A stretch of DNA of 64,000 nucleotides. Source: Planctomycetota bacterium. Lineage in GTDB: Bacteria > Planctomycetota > UBA1135 > UBA2386. The notes beneath the pieces were generated by a model that saw nothing but the letters and a program-made list of their open reading frames with translations, searched no databases and had not been told where the DNA came from. The DNA is taken from assembly GCA_965228735.1 (NCBI GenBank), contig OZ245838.1, positions 3,168,001-3,232,000 of the forward strand, written 5' to 3'. The position numbers were made by a program, and so were the translations under genes. Each line of letters opens with the position of its first letter. Position 1 is the stretch's first letter. Of this stretch, positions 10,455-19,898 are shown one piece after another.

Positions 10455-12857
10455 ATGTCAACGATCCAACCCTACGTGGCCGCCGCGCTTGCGACCGGCC
10501 TGTTCACTCTCACCGCAACCGCTCAGGACCCCGACCGGGCGTCCGCCCAGCGCGACCTCGCGCCGATCCCCGCCACTCGCTCACCCGAAACGCTGGCCGG
10601 CGCGAACGGACCGGCGGCCGGCGCCGCGCAGCTCGGCAGCCTGCGGGTCCCGATCCACGGCGCGGCCGCCGACGGCGGCACAAAGTACGGAGTCTGGGCC
10701 GCCGGCGAGCTCTACAAGGCGTCGTTCCACGATGGCATGACGTTCGTGCCATACCTCGGATCGGACTACCCGCACAACCAATCGCTGTCGTTCCGCACGA
10801 CGCGCGCGACGATCGGCAACGTCGACCTGCTCGGCGGCCAGACCGCGCCCGAGCATGCGCACACCGACTATCGCTACGAGTATCGCTACCCGGCGATCAC
10901 CGAGGCCTACGACGTGCTGAGCGAAGGGCTCGAGCAGACGTTCGTGCTGCCGCAGATCCCCGCGACCGGTGACCTCGTGATCACGGGCACCATCGCGACG
11001 GGCATGATCGCCGAGGACGTGAGCGCCGCGCAGCAGGCCATCGTCTTCGCCGACGCCCAGGGCCGCGAGCTCGTCGAGTACGGCCGCGCGCTCGCGTTCG
11101 ACAGCCTCGGCAACGCGGCACCGGTCACGACCGCGCTGCGCGGCGACCAGCTGACGCTGACCCTCGCCGCCGATTGGCTCGCCACCGCGACCGCACCGGT
11201 CGTCGTCGACCCGCTGCTCACCCGCTCGTTCATCGCCTCCGGCGTTTCCGGCCAAGTCGTGACGAGCATGGACATCGGCCGCGACGACGAGGAGACCACG
11301 GCCAACGTGCTGCTCGTCTACTCGCGCGCGGTCTCGGCCCAGGACGAGGACGCCTTCGGCCGACTGAGCAACGATGCGTTCGGCGCCGCGGCGCTCGTCT
11401 TCACGGACATCACCTCGAGCTGGAGCACGATGAACCCGACCTGCGCGTTCGTCGGCGGCGCCGACCGCTGGGTCGCCACGTTCGAACGCCAGTTCGCGAG
11501 CGGTCGCCGCATGATCCGCGCGCACGTCCGCGACAAGGGCGACACGTCGTTGCTGAGCACCTACCGCTCGTTCACGCCGCCGGCCGACGCCAACGACTGG
11601 CGGCCGGACGTCGGCGGCGTCGAGTCCTACACGACGGGCACGAACGCGCTCATCGTGTTCCAACGCGAGCACAACGGCGCGACGAACGGTGACTTCGCCC
11701 CGACCGACTACAGCGAGGTCCACGGCGTGCTGTTCGACCCGACGAACGAAACGTTCGGGACCAGCTTCGAGCTCGTGAACACGACCTACTCGGACAACGA
11801 ACGCCCGAACGTGACGCAGGTCGCCGCCGGCGGCCCGTCGTTCTCGTGGGTGTGCGCCTGGCAGACCTACAACAACTCGGTCTCGAGTGACGACTGGGAC
11901 GTCGTCGCGAAGCGGATCGGCCACGACGGCACGCTCTCGAACCTCATGGCGACCCCGCTCGCCGGCGCCAACACGCACCACCAGCTCGGGCCCGTGGTCG
12001 AGGGCAACGACGGCCGCTACATGCTCGCGTTCTCGTCGACCGCGACGAGCGGCGCCCCGGGCAAGATCGACGACATCGCCGGCGGCGAGATCCGCGTGAT
12101 GCGGTTCGACTGGGCCGACGGCGCGTCGTCCCACGGCTGGCGGGGTGACGTGAACGTCGTGCGCAGCAACGGCGTCCGGATCTGGGAAGCGACGGGCCTG
12201 GGCTTCGACACGGACGACGACTCGCACTTCGCGCTCGGCTACCGATCCGTGGCGCCGTCCGGCAGCGGCTCGGCATACTGCATGCGGTTCGGCTACAACG
12301 GCCGGCCGACCGAGGGGGGCAACGGCCAATGGCTGGCGCTGTTCCAGACCCAGACCGAGGAGTCGTCGCCCGTCGCCTGCGTGTTCGACAACGACCACGA
12401 CGACTTCCTGTTCGCCTACGGCGTCGACAACGGCGGCTCGCTGCCGGTCTACGGCCACACGATGGAGTACGTGACGCCGAACCCGGTGACGACGAGCGGC
12501 CTCGCGTGCAGCAACGCGACGCTGTCGTGGGACGGCAGTCAGCAGATCGGCGCGGAGTTCTGCGGCCCGCGGGTCCAGAACGCCCCGCCCGGCGCCGGCC
12601 ACTTCCTGATCGTCGGCCTCGGCGCGATCGACACGCCCGTGCTGCACCCGGCGGTGTTCCCCGGCTGCCGTCTGCTCGTGCCGGCGTCGGGCCCGCTCTA
12701 CCTCGGCACGATGCCGTTCGGCTTCGGCAGTGCGGTCGACTGGCAGATGTCACTGCCCGAGTTCCTCGGGCCGATGAACCTCTACTTCCAGGACTGGATC
12801 CTGGACGGCAACTTCTTCTACAGCACGCACCGACTGCGGGTGCCGATCGTGAGGTAG
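10455..12857 (+). CDS. Secreted hypothetical protein (beta-rich, propeller-like core) with shared C-terminal domain
   Basis: Start MSTIQPYVAAALATGLFTLTATA-Q; C-terminus SGLACS...FPGCRLLV...LYFQDW...STHRLRV. Confidence 0.75.
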   Translation: MSTIQPYVAAALATGLFTLTATAQDPDRASAQRDLAPIPATRSPETLAGANGPAAGAAQLGSLRVPIHGAAADGGTKYGVWAAGELYKASFHDGMTFVPYLGSDYPHNQSLSFRTTRATIGNVDLLGGQTAPEHAHTDYRYEYRYPAITEAYDVLSEGLEQTFVLPQIPATGDLVITGTIATGMIAEDVSAAQQAIVFADAQGRELVEYGRALAFDSLGNAAPVTTALRGDQLTLTLAADWLATATAPVVVDPLLTRSFIASGVSGQVVTSMDIGRDDEETTANVLLVYSRAVSAQDEDAFGRLSNDAFGAAALVFTDITSSWSTMNPTCAFVGGADRWVATFERQFASGRRMIRAHVRDKGDTSLLSTYRSFTPPADANDWRPDVGGVESYTTGTNALIVFQREHNGATNGDFAPTDYSEVHGVLFDPTNETFGTSFELVNTTYSDNERPNVTQVAAGGPSFSWVCAWQTYNNSVSSDDWDVVAKRIGHDGTLSNLMATPLAGANTHHQLGPVVEGNDGRYMLAFSSTATSGAPGKIDDIAGGEIRVMRFDWADGASSHGWRGDVNVVRSNGVRIWEATGLGFDTDDDSHFALGYRSVAPSGSGSAYCMRFGYNGRPTEGGNGQWLALFQTQTEESSPVACVFDNDHDDFLFAYGVDNGGSLPVYGHTMEYVTPNPVTTSGLACSNATLSWDGSQQIGAEFCGPRVQNAPPGAGHFLIVGLGAIDTPVLHPAVFPGCRLLVPASGPLYLGTMPFGFGSAVDWQMSLPEFLGPMNLYFQDWILDGNFFYSTHRLRVPIVR

Positions 12858-12939
12858 TCGGCGAAGCCAGCGCGCCTCGCCGCGAGTCGCGACCACGGTC
12901 GGACTCGCGGCCAGGGCGCTCGGTTCGCCGGGGCCGGCA

Positions 12940-14820
12940 CTACAGGAACGAGAAGCCGATCGAGATCTGACCGCCCGGCTGCGTCACCGGCGCCCCCGTC
13001 GGCCACATGATCAGGCCGCCCGGCAGGCCGTAGGTCGACGGCTGGTTGCCGATGACGAACTCGACGCCCTGCGAGACCTTGATCGGGTCGTTCGGGAACA
13101 CCGTCGGGTTGTACATCACCGACTGGGTGTAGATCGGCAGACCGATCAGCTGGTTGTTCGCGGGGATATCGAGCGTCGGCGTCGACACGAGCGTCATCGG
13201 CAGGATCGTCATCGGATCGACGAGGAACGTGTCCGTGCCGTAGGTGAAGTCGATGCTCTCGAGGCCGATGAGGAGGAAGCACTCGGGGGCATCGAACTCG
13301 AGCGCGAACAGGCTGAGCGCGCCGTCACCTTCCGAGGTGACCGCGAGCAACGCCGTGCCCGTCGGGCTGTCCGCCGCGTCGACGAACTGCAGGCCTTCGG
13401 GCGCCTCGGCGCCGATCCCGCTCGCCGTCGCGACGTCGATGACGTCGAGGAGCGCCGGCGCGGTCGGGTCCGACACATCGTAGATCATGATCGCGTTGGT
13501 GCGCTCGAGGCCGACGAACAGCATCGGGATCGAATCGACGACGCCGAACGTGATCGACTCCGGCTCCGGCCCCTTGTCGTCCGACCGGCCTTCCTCCCAC
13601 AGGCCGCGCGTCAGCATCTCGCGCTCCATCTCGCTGCCGGAGTCGAAGACCTTGACGCCGGTCGTCGTCCAGATCGTGAACGAACGCGCGCCGAACGAGT
13701 AGAGCTGGTCGACGTCACCGTCGCCGTCCGTGTCGCCGCGCGCGATGTCGAAGTCGCTCGCGACGCACTTGAGGCGGCCGAGCACGGCGTTGTCGTTGAG
13801 TTCCGCCGAGGTGTAGAGCGCGGTCTCGGGCGTCGGATCCTCGGTGTCCATCACGAAATCGGCTTCGAGGTCGTTGCCACGCGTCTCGTCCTCGAAGCCC
13901 GCGAAGTCATCGCGGCCGTCGCCCTCGTTGGCGGTCGCGAGGTACTCGACGCCGTTCACCGTGAACGAAGTGATCGCATCGGGCATGTAGAGCCCGAGGA
14001 GCGGCCAGTTCTGGAAGTTGCCCTCGACGCCGTCCTGGTCCGACGCGTCGAACTCGTTGCCGGGTTGGCTGTGGTCCTTCTCCCCGAGCGGGCGAATTGC
14101 AGTGACGGTCGCCCCCGCGATGTCGACCTCGGCCACGGCGTTGTTCTCCTGCAGGGTCACGAATGCGGTCGTGCCCGCGGCATTGATCGTCAGGTATTCG
14201 GGCTCGACGTCCTGCGCGAGCGTGATGCCATTGACGTCCGTCAGGCGCACGCCGGCGGCCTGCAGCGCGGCCTTCTGCGCGTTGAACGGCGCGAAGCTGG
14301 CGGTCGCCGCGGTGCGGGTCGCAACGTCCACGATGCTCACCGAACCCTCGGGGTTGACGAGGCCGGTCGGCTCGTCGGCCTCACCTTCGTTGCACGTCAG
14401 CACCTTGGTGCCGTCCGGCGTGAACGCGAGCATGTCGGGCAGCGCGCCGACCGTCACCGAGGCGCCGTTCGCCGCCAGGGTGGCGGCATCGAAGAACTGC
14501 ACCTGGCCCGGATCCTGCTTGACCGCCGCCTCGACCGCCACGGCGACGAGACCGCCGTGGATCGCCACGCTGTTCGGCGCGCCCGCGAGCGGGATCGAGT
14601 TGACGTAGCTCAGGATGCCGCTCGCGTTCGCGAAGAACACATCGAGAGCGTCGCTGTCCGGGTTGGTGACGAAGTAGCGGCCGCTGGCCGCGTCGTAGGC
14701 GACGATCTCGCCTTCCTGATTGCTCGACTGGATCGTCGAGAGGTGCGTGAACGAGAACTGCGCGGTGAGCGGAGCGCAGACCGAGAGGGCGATCGCGATC
14801 GCCGAGAACTTGCTAGCCAT
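12940..14820 (-). CDS. Choice-of-anchor I family beta-propeller (alkaline phosphatase-associated)
   Basis: Signal peptide ...APLTA-Q; GALPDMLAFTPDG, CNEGE, EPEY, TLQENNA, YMPD, ANEGD, FGARSF, RSDDKGPEPE, GLER, APEG. Confidence 0.85.
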   Translation of the reverse strand: MASKFSAIAIALSVCAPLTAQFSFTHLSTIQSSNQEGEIVAYDAASGRYFVTNPDSDALDVFFANASGILSYVNSIPLAGAPNSVAIHGGLVAVAVEAAVKQDPGQVQFFDAATLAANGASVTVGALPDMLAFTPDGTKVLTCNEGEADEPTGLVNPEGSVSIVDVATRTAATASFAPFNAQKAALQAAGVRLTDVNGITLAQDVEPEYLTINAAGTTAFVTLQENNAVAEVDIAGATVTAIRPLGEKDHSQPGNEFDASDQDGVEGNFQNWPLLGLYMPDAITSFTVNGVEYLATANEGDGRDDFAGFEDETRGNDLEADFVMDTEDPTPETALYTSAELNDNAVLGRLKCVASDFDIARGDTDGDGDVDQLYSFGARSFTIWTTTGVKVFDSGSEMEREMLTRGLWEEGRSDDKGPEPESITFGVVDSIPMLFVGLERTNAIMIYDVSDPTAPALLDVIDVATASGIGAEAPEGLQFVDAADSPTGTALLAVTSEGDGALSLFALEFDAPECFLLIGLESIDFTYGTDTFLVDPMTILPMTLVSTPTLDIPANNQLIGLPIYTQSVMYNPTVFPNDPIKVSQGVEFVIGNQPSTYGLPGGLIMWPTGAPVTQPGGQISIGFSFL

Positions 14821-15166
14821 GAGGTCCGTTGGTGTGAAGTCAGCGGGTTGGAAACCGCTGGCGACACCGCCCGGTCGAGACGAGGTCGCAGCGGAGCGGC
14901 CACGAGACTCGCCAACGCCGTGAACCCACGGCCATCCGGACGTGAAAGAACGGTCAGGACGCAAGGCCGCCCGGCCCGCCCGATGCGAACGGATCAGAAA
15001 CGTCGGAATCCGCGTTAGCGGCCGCGGACCGGGGCACCCACCGGTCCGGACGATCGTGAGAGTCCGGACCAGAGATCCGTGCCCGCGCGCCCGTCCCGGC
15101 GCCCGCCCCGGACTGGCCGAAGCGATCACGCGCCGTCCTTATCTCCTCCCACGACGAGGATTAGCC

Positions 15167-18100
15167 ATGACCAGCTCGCCCGGCATTCCGCGCGTAGCCT
15201 CTCGACCTTCTGCCAACCCTCACCCGAGTACGCGCCAGCCGGCCGTCGGTTCGCCGCGGAGCCCCGTCAGTCGGCTTGCACCGACTCTCGTGACTGCCGC
15301 GCTCGCGGTCGCACCGCTCGCCGCGCAGCGCACGCCGCTGACGGATCACTTCGTGAACTTCGAGAGCGCCCACGTGCACCCGCTCGAGATGACGCCGAAC
15401 GGGCAGACGCTGCTCGCGGTCAACTCGGCGGACGCCCGGCTCGAGGTCTTCGACCTGTCGACCGGTACGCCCGTGCCCACCGGCTCGATCCAGGTCGGGC
15501 TCGACCCCGTGACCGTGCGCGCCGTCGACGACGACACGGCCTGGGTCTGCAACCACATCTCCGACTCGATCTCGATCGTCGACCTGTCGAGCCTGACGGT
15601 GCAGATGACGATTCCGACCGGCGACGAGCCGTCCGACGTGGTGTTCACGCCGGCGATGACGGTGGAGGAAGAGGAACTGCCGCCGCGCGCCTGGGTCACG
15701 CTGTCGCAGCCGGACACGGTCGAGGTCTACGACCTCAACAATCTGACGCAGCCGCCGACGCGAATCGCGCTCCTCGGCCAGGATCCGCGCTCGATGGTGC
15801 TCGCCCCCGACGGCCTCATCTACGTCGGCATCTTCACGTCCGCGAACGACACGACCGTGCTCAACGGCTCGGACACCCGCTGGGCGAAGGACGCCATCAC
15901 GGGCAACGCCGCCAACCTGCCCAACCCGCCGCCGAATACCGCCTCGGGTTTCGTGCCCGGCAAGGCCAGCGGCAATCCGGCCGAGCCCAAGGTGAGCCAC
16001 ATCGTCCGCAAGAACTTCAGCAACCAGTGGCGCGACGACGCGAACAACGACTGGACCACGGAGATCACGGGCGGCGCGCACGGCCGCGCCCAGGATTGGG
16101 ACATGTACGATCACGACATCGCGGTGATCGACCCCGCGACGACGACCGTCGTCGGCTACGTCAAGCGCGCCATGAACGTCGTCGCGAACGTCGCCGTGCG
16201 GTACTACAACAACCAGGACGACTTCGTCATCTCCGCCGTCGGCATGGAGTCGACGAACGAGATCCGCTTCGAGCCCAACCTCAACGGCAAGTTCGTCCGC
16301 GCCCACCTCGCCGGCGCGTTCCCCTGGACCGGCGGCACCGGCAGCCCGCCGACCACCACGGCCCTCGGGCCGTTCGAGCTCAACGGTCATCTCGCGAACG
16401 GCGGTTCGATCCCGAGTGGCCAACCCTACGGCGTCTACGCGTCGGGCAACCTGCCCCAGAACGTCCGCGACACCGCGATCGGCGACCCGCGCTACCACAT
16501 CTGGGACGCGACCGGCGATGTCGGGTTCGTCTCCGGCATGGGGTCGAACAACGTCATCATCATCGACCCGGCCGGCAACCGGCTCACCGGGACGCAGCCG
16601 ATCGAGGTCGGCGAAGGCCCGACCGGGCTCGTGCTCGACGGGCCGCGCGGCGTGCTCTACGTCCTCAACCGCTTCTCCAACTCGCTCACGGTCGCCAACC
16701 TGACCGGCGCGCTCACGGAGATCCCGTTCCACGACCCGACGCCGCTCGCCGCGAAGGGCGGCCGCAAGCATCTGTTCGACACCCACAAGTCGTCGGGCCT
16801 CGGCCAGGCCGCGTGCGCGTCGTGTCACATCGACGGCGATCTCGACGGCCTCGGCTGGGATCTCGGCGATCCATCGGGCCAGGTGCGGGCCGTGCACGGC
16901 CTCAACATCGACCGCGTGGGGCAGAAGGTCGCGAGCGCCGCCGGGCCGCCGAACGAGGACACGACGCAGCGCTTCCATCCGATGAAGGGCCCGATGGTGA
17001 CGCAGTCGCTGCGCGACATCATCGGCAAGGAGCCGTTCCACTGGCGCGGCGACAAGAAGGGCCTCGAGGAGTTCAACGGCGCGTTCACGCACCTGCAGAA
17101 CGACGACGTCACGCTCTCGGCCGCGGAGATGGGTCAGTTCGAGGACTACCTCGAGACGCTCTGGTACCCGCCGAACCCGCTGCGTAACCACAAGAACGAG
17201 TTCGAGGCGTCGACCGTGCTCGACGGCTCACACCCGGCGCTGCCGGGGATCGTCTTCCGCGATCACAACAACCTCGACGTCAATGGTGACCCGTCGGTCC
17301 TGCCGCCGGGCAACGGCACGCTCGGGGCCGGCATCGGCGCCACGGGCGCGTCGTACGCCGCCCTCTGCGTGAACTGCCACACCGCGACGACCGGCACCGG
17401 CCCCGACATGGTGTTCACGGGCAGCTGGCAACAGCTCATGGCCGGCACGTATGGCGAGGCGCACACCGCGCTCATCACGACCGACGGCACCTCGCAGGTG
17501 CCGATGAAGATCCCCGGCCTGCGCAACATGCACGAGCGAACGGGCTTCGACATGACCGCGGCGCGCAGCAAGGCCGGCTTCGGCTTCCTGCACGACGGGC
17601 ACATCGACACGATCTCGCGCTTCCTCAAGCCGTTCACGTTCCCGGCCAACTCGACGACTCCGCTCACGCTCCAGGAGACCGCGAACATCACGGCGTTCCT
17701 GCTGCAGTTCGCTTCGAACAGGACGTACGGGCAGCCGACGAACATCGAGGCGTTCGCGCCCGGACCGCCCGCGCAGAACGCGCACCCGGCCGTCGGCATG
17801 CAGCTGACGGTGGCGAGCTATCCGATGACCACGCCCGATGCCGCACGCTACCAGGACCTGCTCGACGCCCTCTCGTTCGATGCGACCAACGTGGCGAACG
17901 GCTACGACGTGCGCCAGATCGGCCTCATCGTGAAGCAGAACCAGCCAGGCGGCGGCCAACAGGGCTTCCTCTACGTCGGGCCCGACTACCTCGACGACAA
18001 CAACAACGTCGTGACGGTGAACACGCTGCTCAACTCGATCGGCGCGGGCACCGAAGCGACGTTCACGATCGTACCAGCCAAGAGCGAGCGCCGTCTCGCG

Positions 18101-18937
18101 ATCGACCGTGACGCGGACGGCTGGCTCGACGGTGAGGAGACGGCCACGTTCTCGACGAACGCCGCCAGCGCGCGGAGCATTCCGATCGGTGCAGGCACGC
18201 CCTGCACGGGTATCGCGCTGCCGCCCGCGATGACCGGCGTCACCTCGACGGCGGTCGGCATCTACGGCAACGGCATCAGCTGGACGATCCCCGCCGGCAG
18301 CAACCACACGGGCGTCGCCATCGAGCGCATGCTCGCCAACAGCCCGCAGTGGGAAACGGTCGCCGAGATCCCGAGCGCGACCGCGACGACCTACACCGAC
18401 GGCACCGTGACGCTGACCACGCAGTACTTCTACCGCGTCCGCAGCTACAACTGCGCCGGTGAAGCGGTCTCGACGACGGCCACGCACACGACCTACGTCG
18501 TGCCGTCGAACGTCACGCCGGTGCACCTGCACTCGATCGAGCTCAACTGGGCGACCGAGACCATCAACGGCCAGCTGCACTGGTTTGCGTACGGCACGTT
18601 CCACGTCGTGGACGACGAAGACCGCGCGATGAAGGGCGTCCGCGTCACCGCGCAGATCACGGGTCAGTCCGGCGTGAAGACGGGCGCGACGTGGGGTCTC
18701 GATCCGGTGATCGTCGCGGGTGCGGCGTTCTCGACGCAGACGAACGGCGAGGGCCAGGCCTTCTTCCGCTCGACCTCGATGCTGATCCCGGCGCCGGTTC
18801 CGCCGGCGACCACCGTGTCGGCGAGCTGGACGTTCCAGGTCTCCAACATCGACACGGCCCCGGGCGGCCCGATAGTGACCTACCAGTCGGGCGCCAACAA
18901 GGTCGCGACCAGCGCGTCGGTCACCGCGACGCAGTAG
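15167..18937 (+). CDS. Secreted YVTN/YncE-like beta-propeller fused to a di-haem cytochrome c peroxidase-like domain, FN3 and a C-terminal beta domain
   Basis: GAGGA RBS upstream; ...APLAA-Q; two CxxCH motifs (CASCH, CVNCH); PFHWRGD, KIPGLRN, FLHDG; DRDADGWLDGEE; FN3-like YFYRVRSYN. Confidence 0.75.
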   Translation: MTSSPGIPRVASRPSANPHPSTRQPAVGSPRSPVSRLAPTLVTAALAVAPLAAQRTPLTDHFVNFESAHVHPLEMTPNGQTLLAVNSADARLEVFDLSTGTPVPTGSIQVGLDPVTVRAVDDDTAWVCNHISDSISIVDLSSLTVQMTIPTGDEPSDVVFTPAMTVEEEELPPRAWVTLSQPDTVEVYDLNNLTQPPTRIALLGQDPRSMVLAPDGLIYVGIFTSANDTTVLNGSDTRWAKDAITGNAANLPNPPPNTASGFVPGKASGNPAEPKVSHIVRKNFSNQWRDDANNDWTTEITGGAHGRAQDWDMYDHDIAVIDPATTTVVGYVKRAMNVVANVAVRYYNNQDDFVISAVGMESTNEIRFEPNLNGKFVRAHLAGAFPWTGGTGSPPTTTALGPFELNGHLANGGSIPSGQPYGVYASGNLPQNVRDTAIGDPRYHIWDATGDVGFVSGMGSNNVIIIDPAGNRLTGTQPIEVGEGPTGLVLDGPRGVLYVLNRFSNSLTVANLTGALTEIPFHDPTPLAAKGGRKHLFDTHKSSGLGQAACASCHIDGDLDGLGWDLGDPSGQVRAVHGLNIDRVGQKVASAAGPPNEDTTQRFHPMKGPMVTQSLRDIIGKEPFHWRGDKKGLEEFNGAFTHLQNDDVTLSAAEMGQFEDYLETLWYPPNPLRNHKNEFEASTVLDGSHPALPGIVFRDHNNLDVNGDPSVLPPGNGTLGAGIGATGASYAALCVNCHTATTGTGPDMVFTGSWQQLMAGTYGEAHTALITTDGTSQVPMKIPGLRNMHERTGFDMTAARSKAGFGFLHDGHIDTISRFLKPFTFPANSTTPLTLQETANITAFLLQFASNRTYGQPTNIEAFAPGPPAQNAHPAVGMQLTVASYPMTTPDAARYQDLLDALSFDATNVANGYDVRQIGLIVKQNQPGGGQQGFLYVGPDYLDDNNNVVTVNTLLNSIGAGTEATFTIVPAKSERRLAIDRDADGWLDGEETATFSTNAASARSIPIGAGTPCTGIALPPAMTGVTSTAVGIYGNGISWTIPAGSNHTGVAIERMLANSPQWETVAEIPSATATTYTDGTVTLTTQYFYRVRSYNCAGEAVSTTATHTTYVVPSNVTPVHLHSIELNWATETINGQLHWFAYGTFHVVDDEDRAMKGVRVTAQITGQSGVKTGATWGLDPVIVAGAAFSTQTNGEGQAFFRSTSMLIPAPVPPATTVSASWTFQVSNIDTAPGGPIVTYQSGANKVATSASVTATQ

Positions 18938-18967
18938 CGACGGCGCCGCATCGGGTCCGCTTCGGCA

Positions 18968-19618
18968 TCAGAAGTTGATGCCGAAGCGGATCCCGACGCC
19001 GCCGTAGACCCCGGACTCGGGCGAGTCCGAGACGTACGACCCGAGGATCGCCGTGGGGCCGAACGAGAATCGGTCCCCGACCTCGAACATGTAGCCCGTC
19101 GCGCCGTAGGCCGTGAACGACGCGCTGTCGCCGGTCTCGACCGTGCCGCCATCGCGGTATTCCCAGTCGCTGAGCGGGAACACGCCCGCGCCGGCGCCGA
19201 CATAGAAGCCCTCGAGGACCTTCTTCGGGTAGAAGCGCACCTCGGCGCCGAAGCCGGTGCCGTCACCGTCCTCCTCGGCGTCATCCGTGAAGTCGCCCTC
19301 GCCCTCCCACGAGTAGCTGTAGCTCAGGATGCGCGGCACGATCGCGATCCGCTCGCCGACCGGGATCTCGCCCTCGACGGCGAACAGCGAACCGAACGAA
19401 CCGGCGCCCGCCCCGACTTCGATGCCCGCGGAGACGCGAGCGCGCGGCCCGGCGTCGTTCGGCGAGGTCGACGGTGCCGGAGCCTGCGCGAGCGGCGCCC
19501 GGATGGCGGGCGCTCGCGCTTCCCCGAAGACGGAGTCGGCTGGGAACGCTGCCGGCGCGGGGGCGGGGGAGTGGCAGGCGGCGATGGCGGCGAAGGGAAC
19601 GATCCAGAGCAGTTTCAT
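18968..19618 (-). CDS. Probable small outer-membrane beta-barrel protein with lipoprotein-like signal
   Basis: IAAC lipobox; alternating amphipathic strands (GAEVRFYP, GFYVGAGAG, GATGYMF); terminal GIRFGINF ending in Phe. Confidence 0.7.
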   Translation of the reverse strand: MKLLWIVPFAAIAACHSPAPAPAAFPADSVFGEARAPAIRAPLAQAPAPSTSPNDAGPRARVSAGIEVGAGAGSFGSLFAVEGEIPVGERIAIVPRILSYSYSWEGEGDFTDDAEEDGDGTGFGAEVRFYPKKVLEGFYVGAGAGVFPLSDWEYRDGGTVETGDSASFTAYGATGYMFEVGDRFSFGPTAILGSYVSDSPESGVYGGVGIRFGINF

Positions 19619-19700
19619 CAGGTGACCTCGGGAGCCAGCCAGGCTGGCGAGCGGGAGCCGGCGGCGACGTGCCGGCGGCAGCGGCCGGGGCCGCCGACCC

Positions 19701-19817
19701 GAGGAGGTGAGGTCGCGCGCAGAAGTGACACGGCGGCCACGGTTTCGGCTCCGGTCCGACGGCGCCGCCGGATCTCGGGGAAATCCCGGTCACCAATCGC
19801 CGGCTCCTCACCTCCTC
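19701..19817. promoter_or_regulatory. Inverted pair of GTCAC-N12-CCTCACCTCCTC motifs between divergent genes
   Basis: Minus copy 19729-19701 and plus copy 19789-19817 have identical spacing; each lies ~82 nt upstream of its gene's ATG. Confidence 0.6.
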
Positions 19818-19898
19818 CCCGCAGCCGGCGCTCGTTCCTGGCGCGCCCGTTCGGGCGGCCCGAGGTGTCGGCCAACCTCCCCACCTGGAGACCCGACG

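Noticed and set aside
14821..15166. Riboswitch in the 346-nt divergent spacer (contains GGTCCGGAC-N10-GTCCGGACC)
   Set aside because: No cobalamin, TPP, SAM or other consensus recognised by eye; an Rfam scan would be needed.
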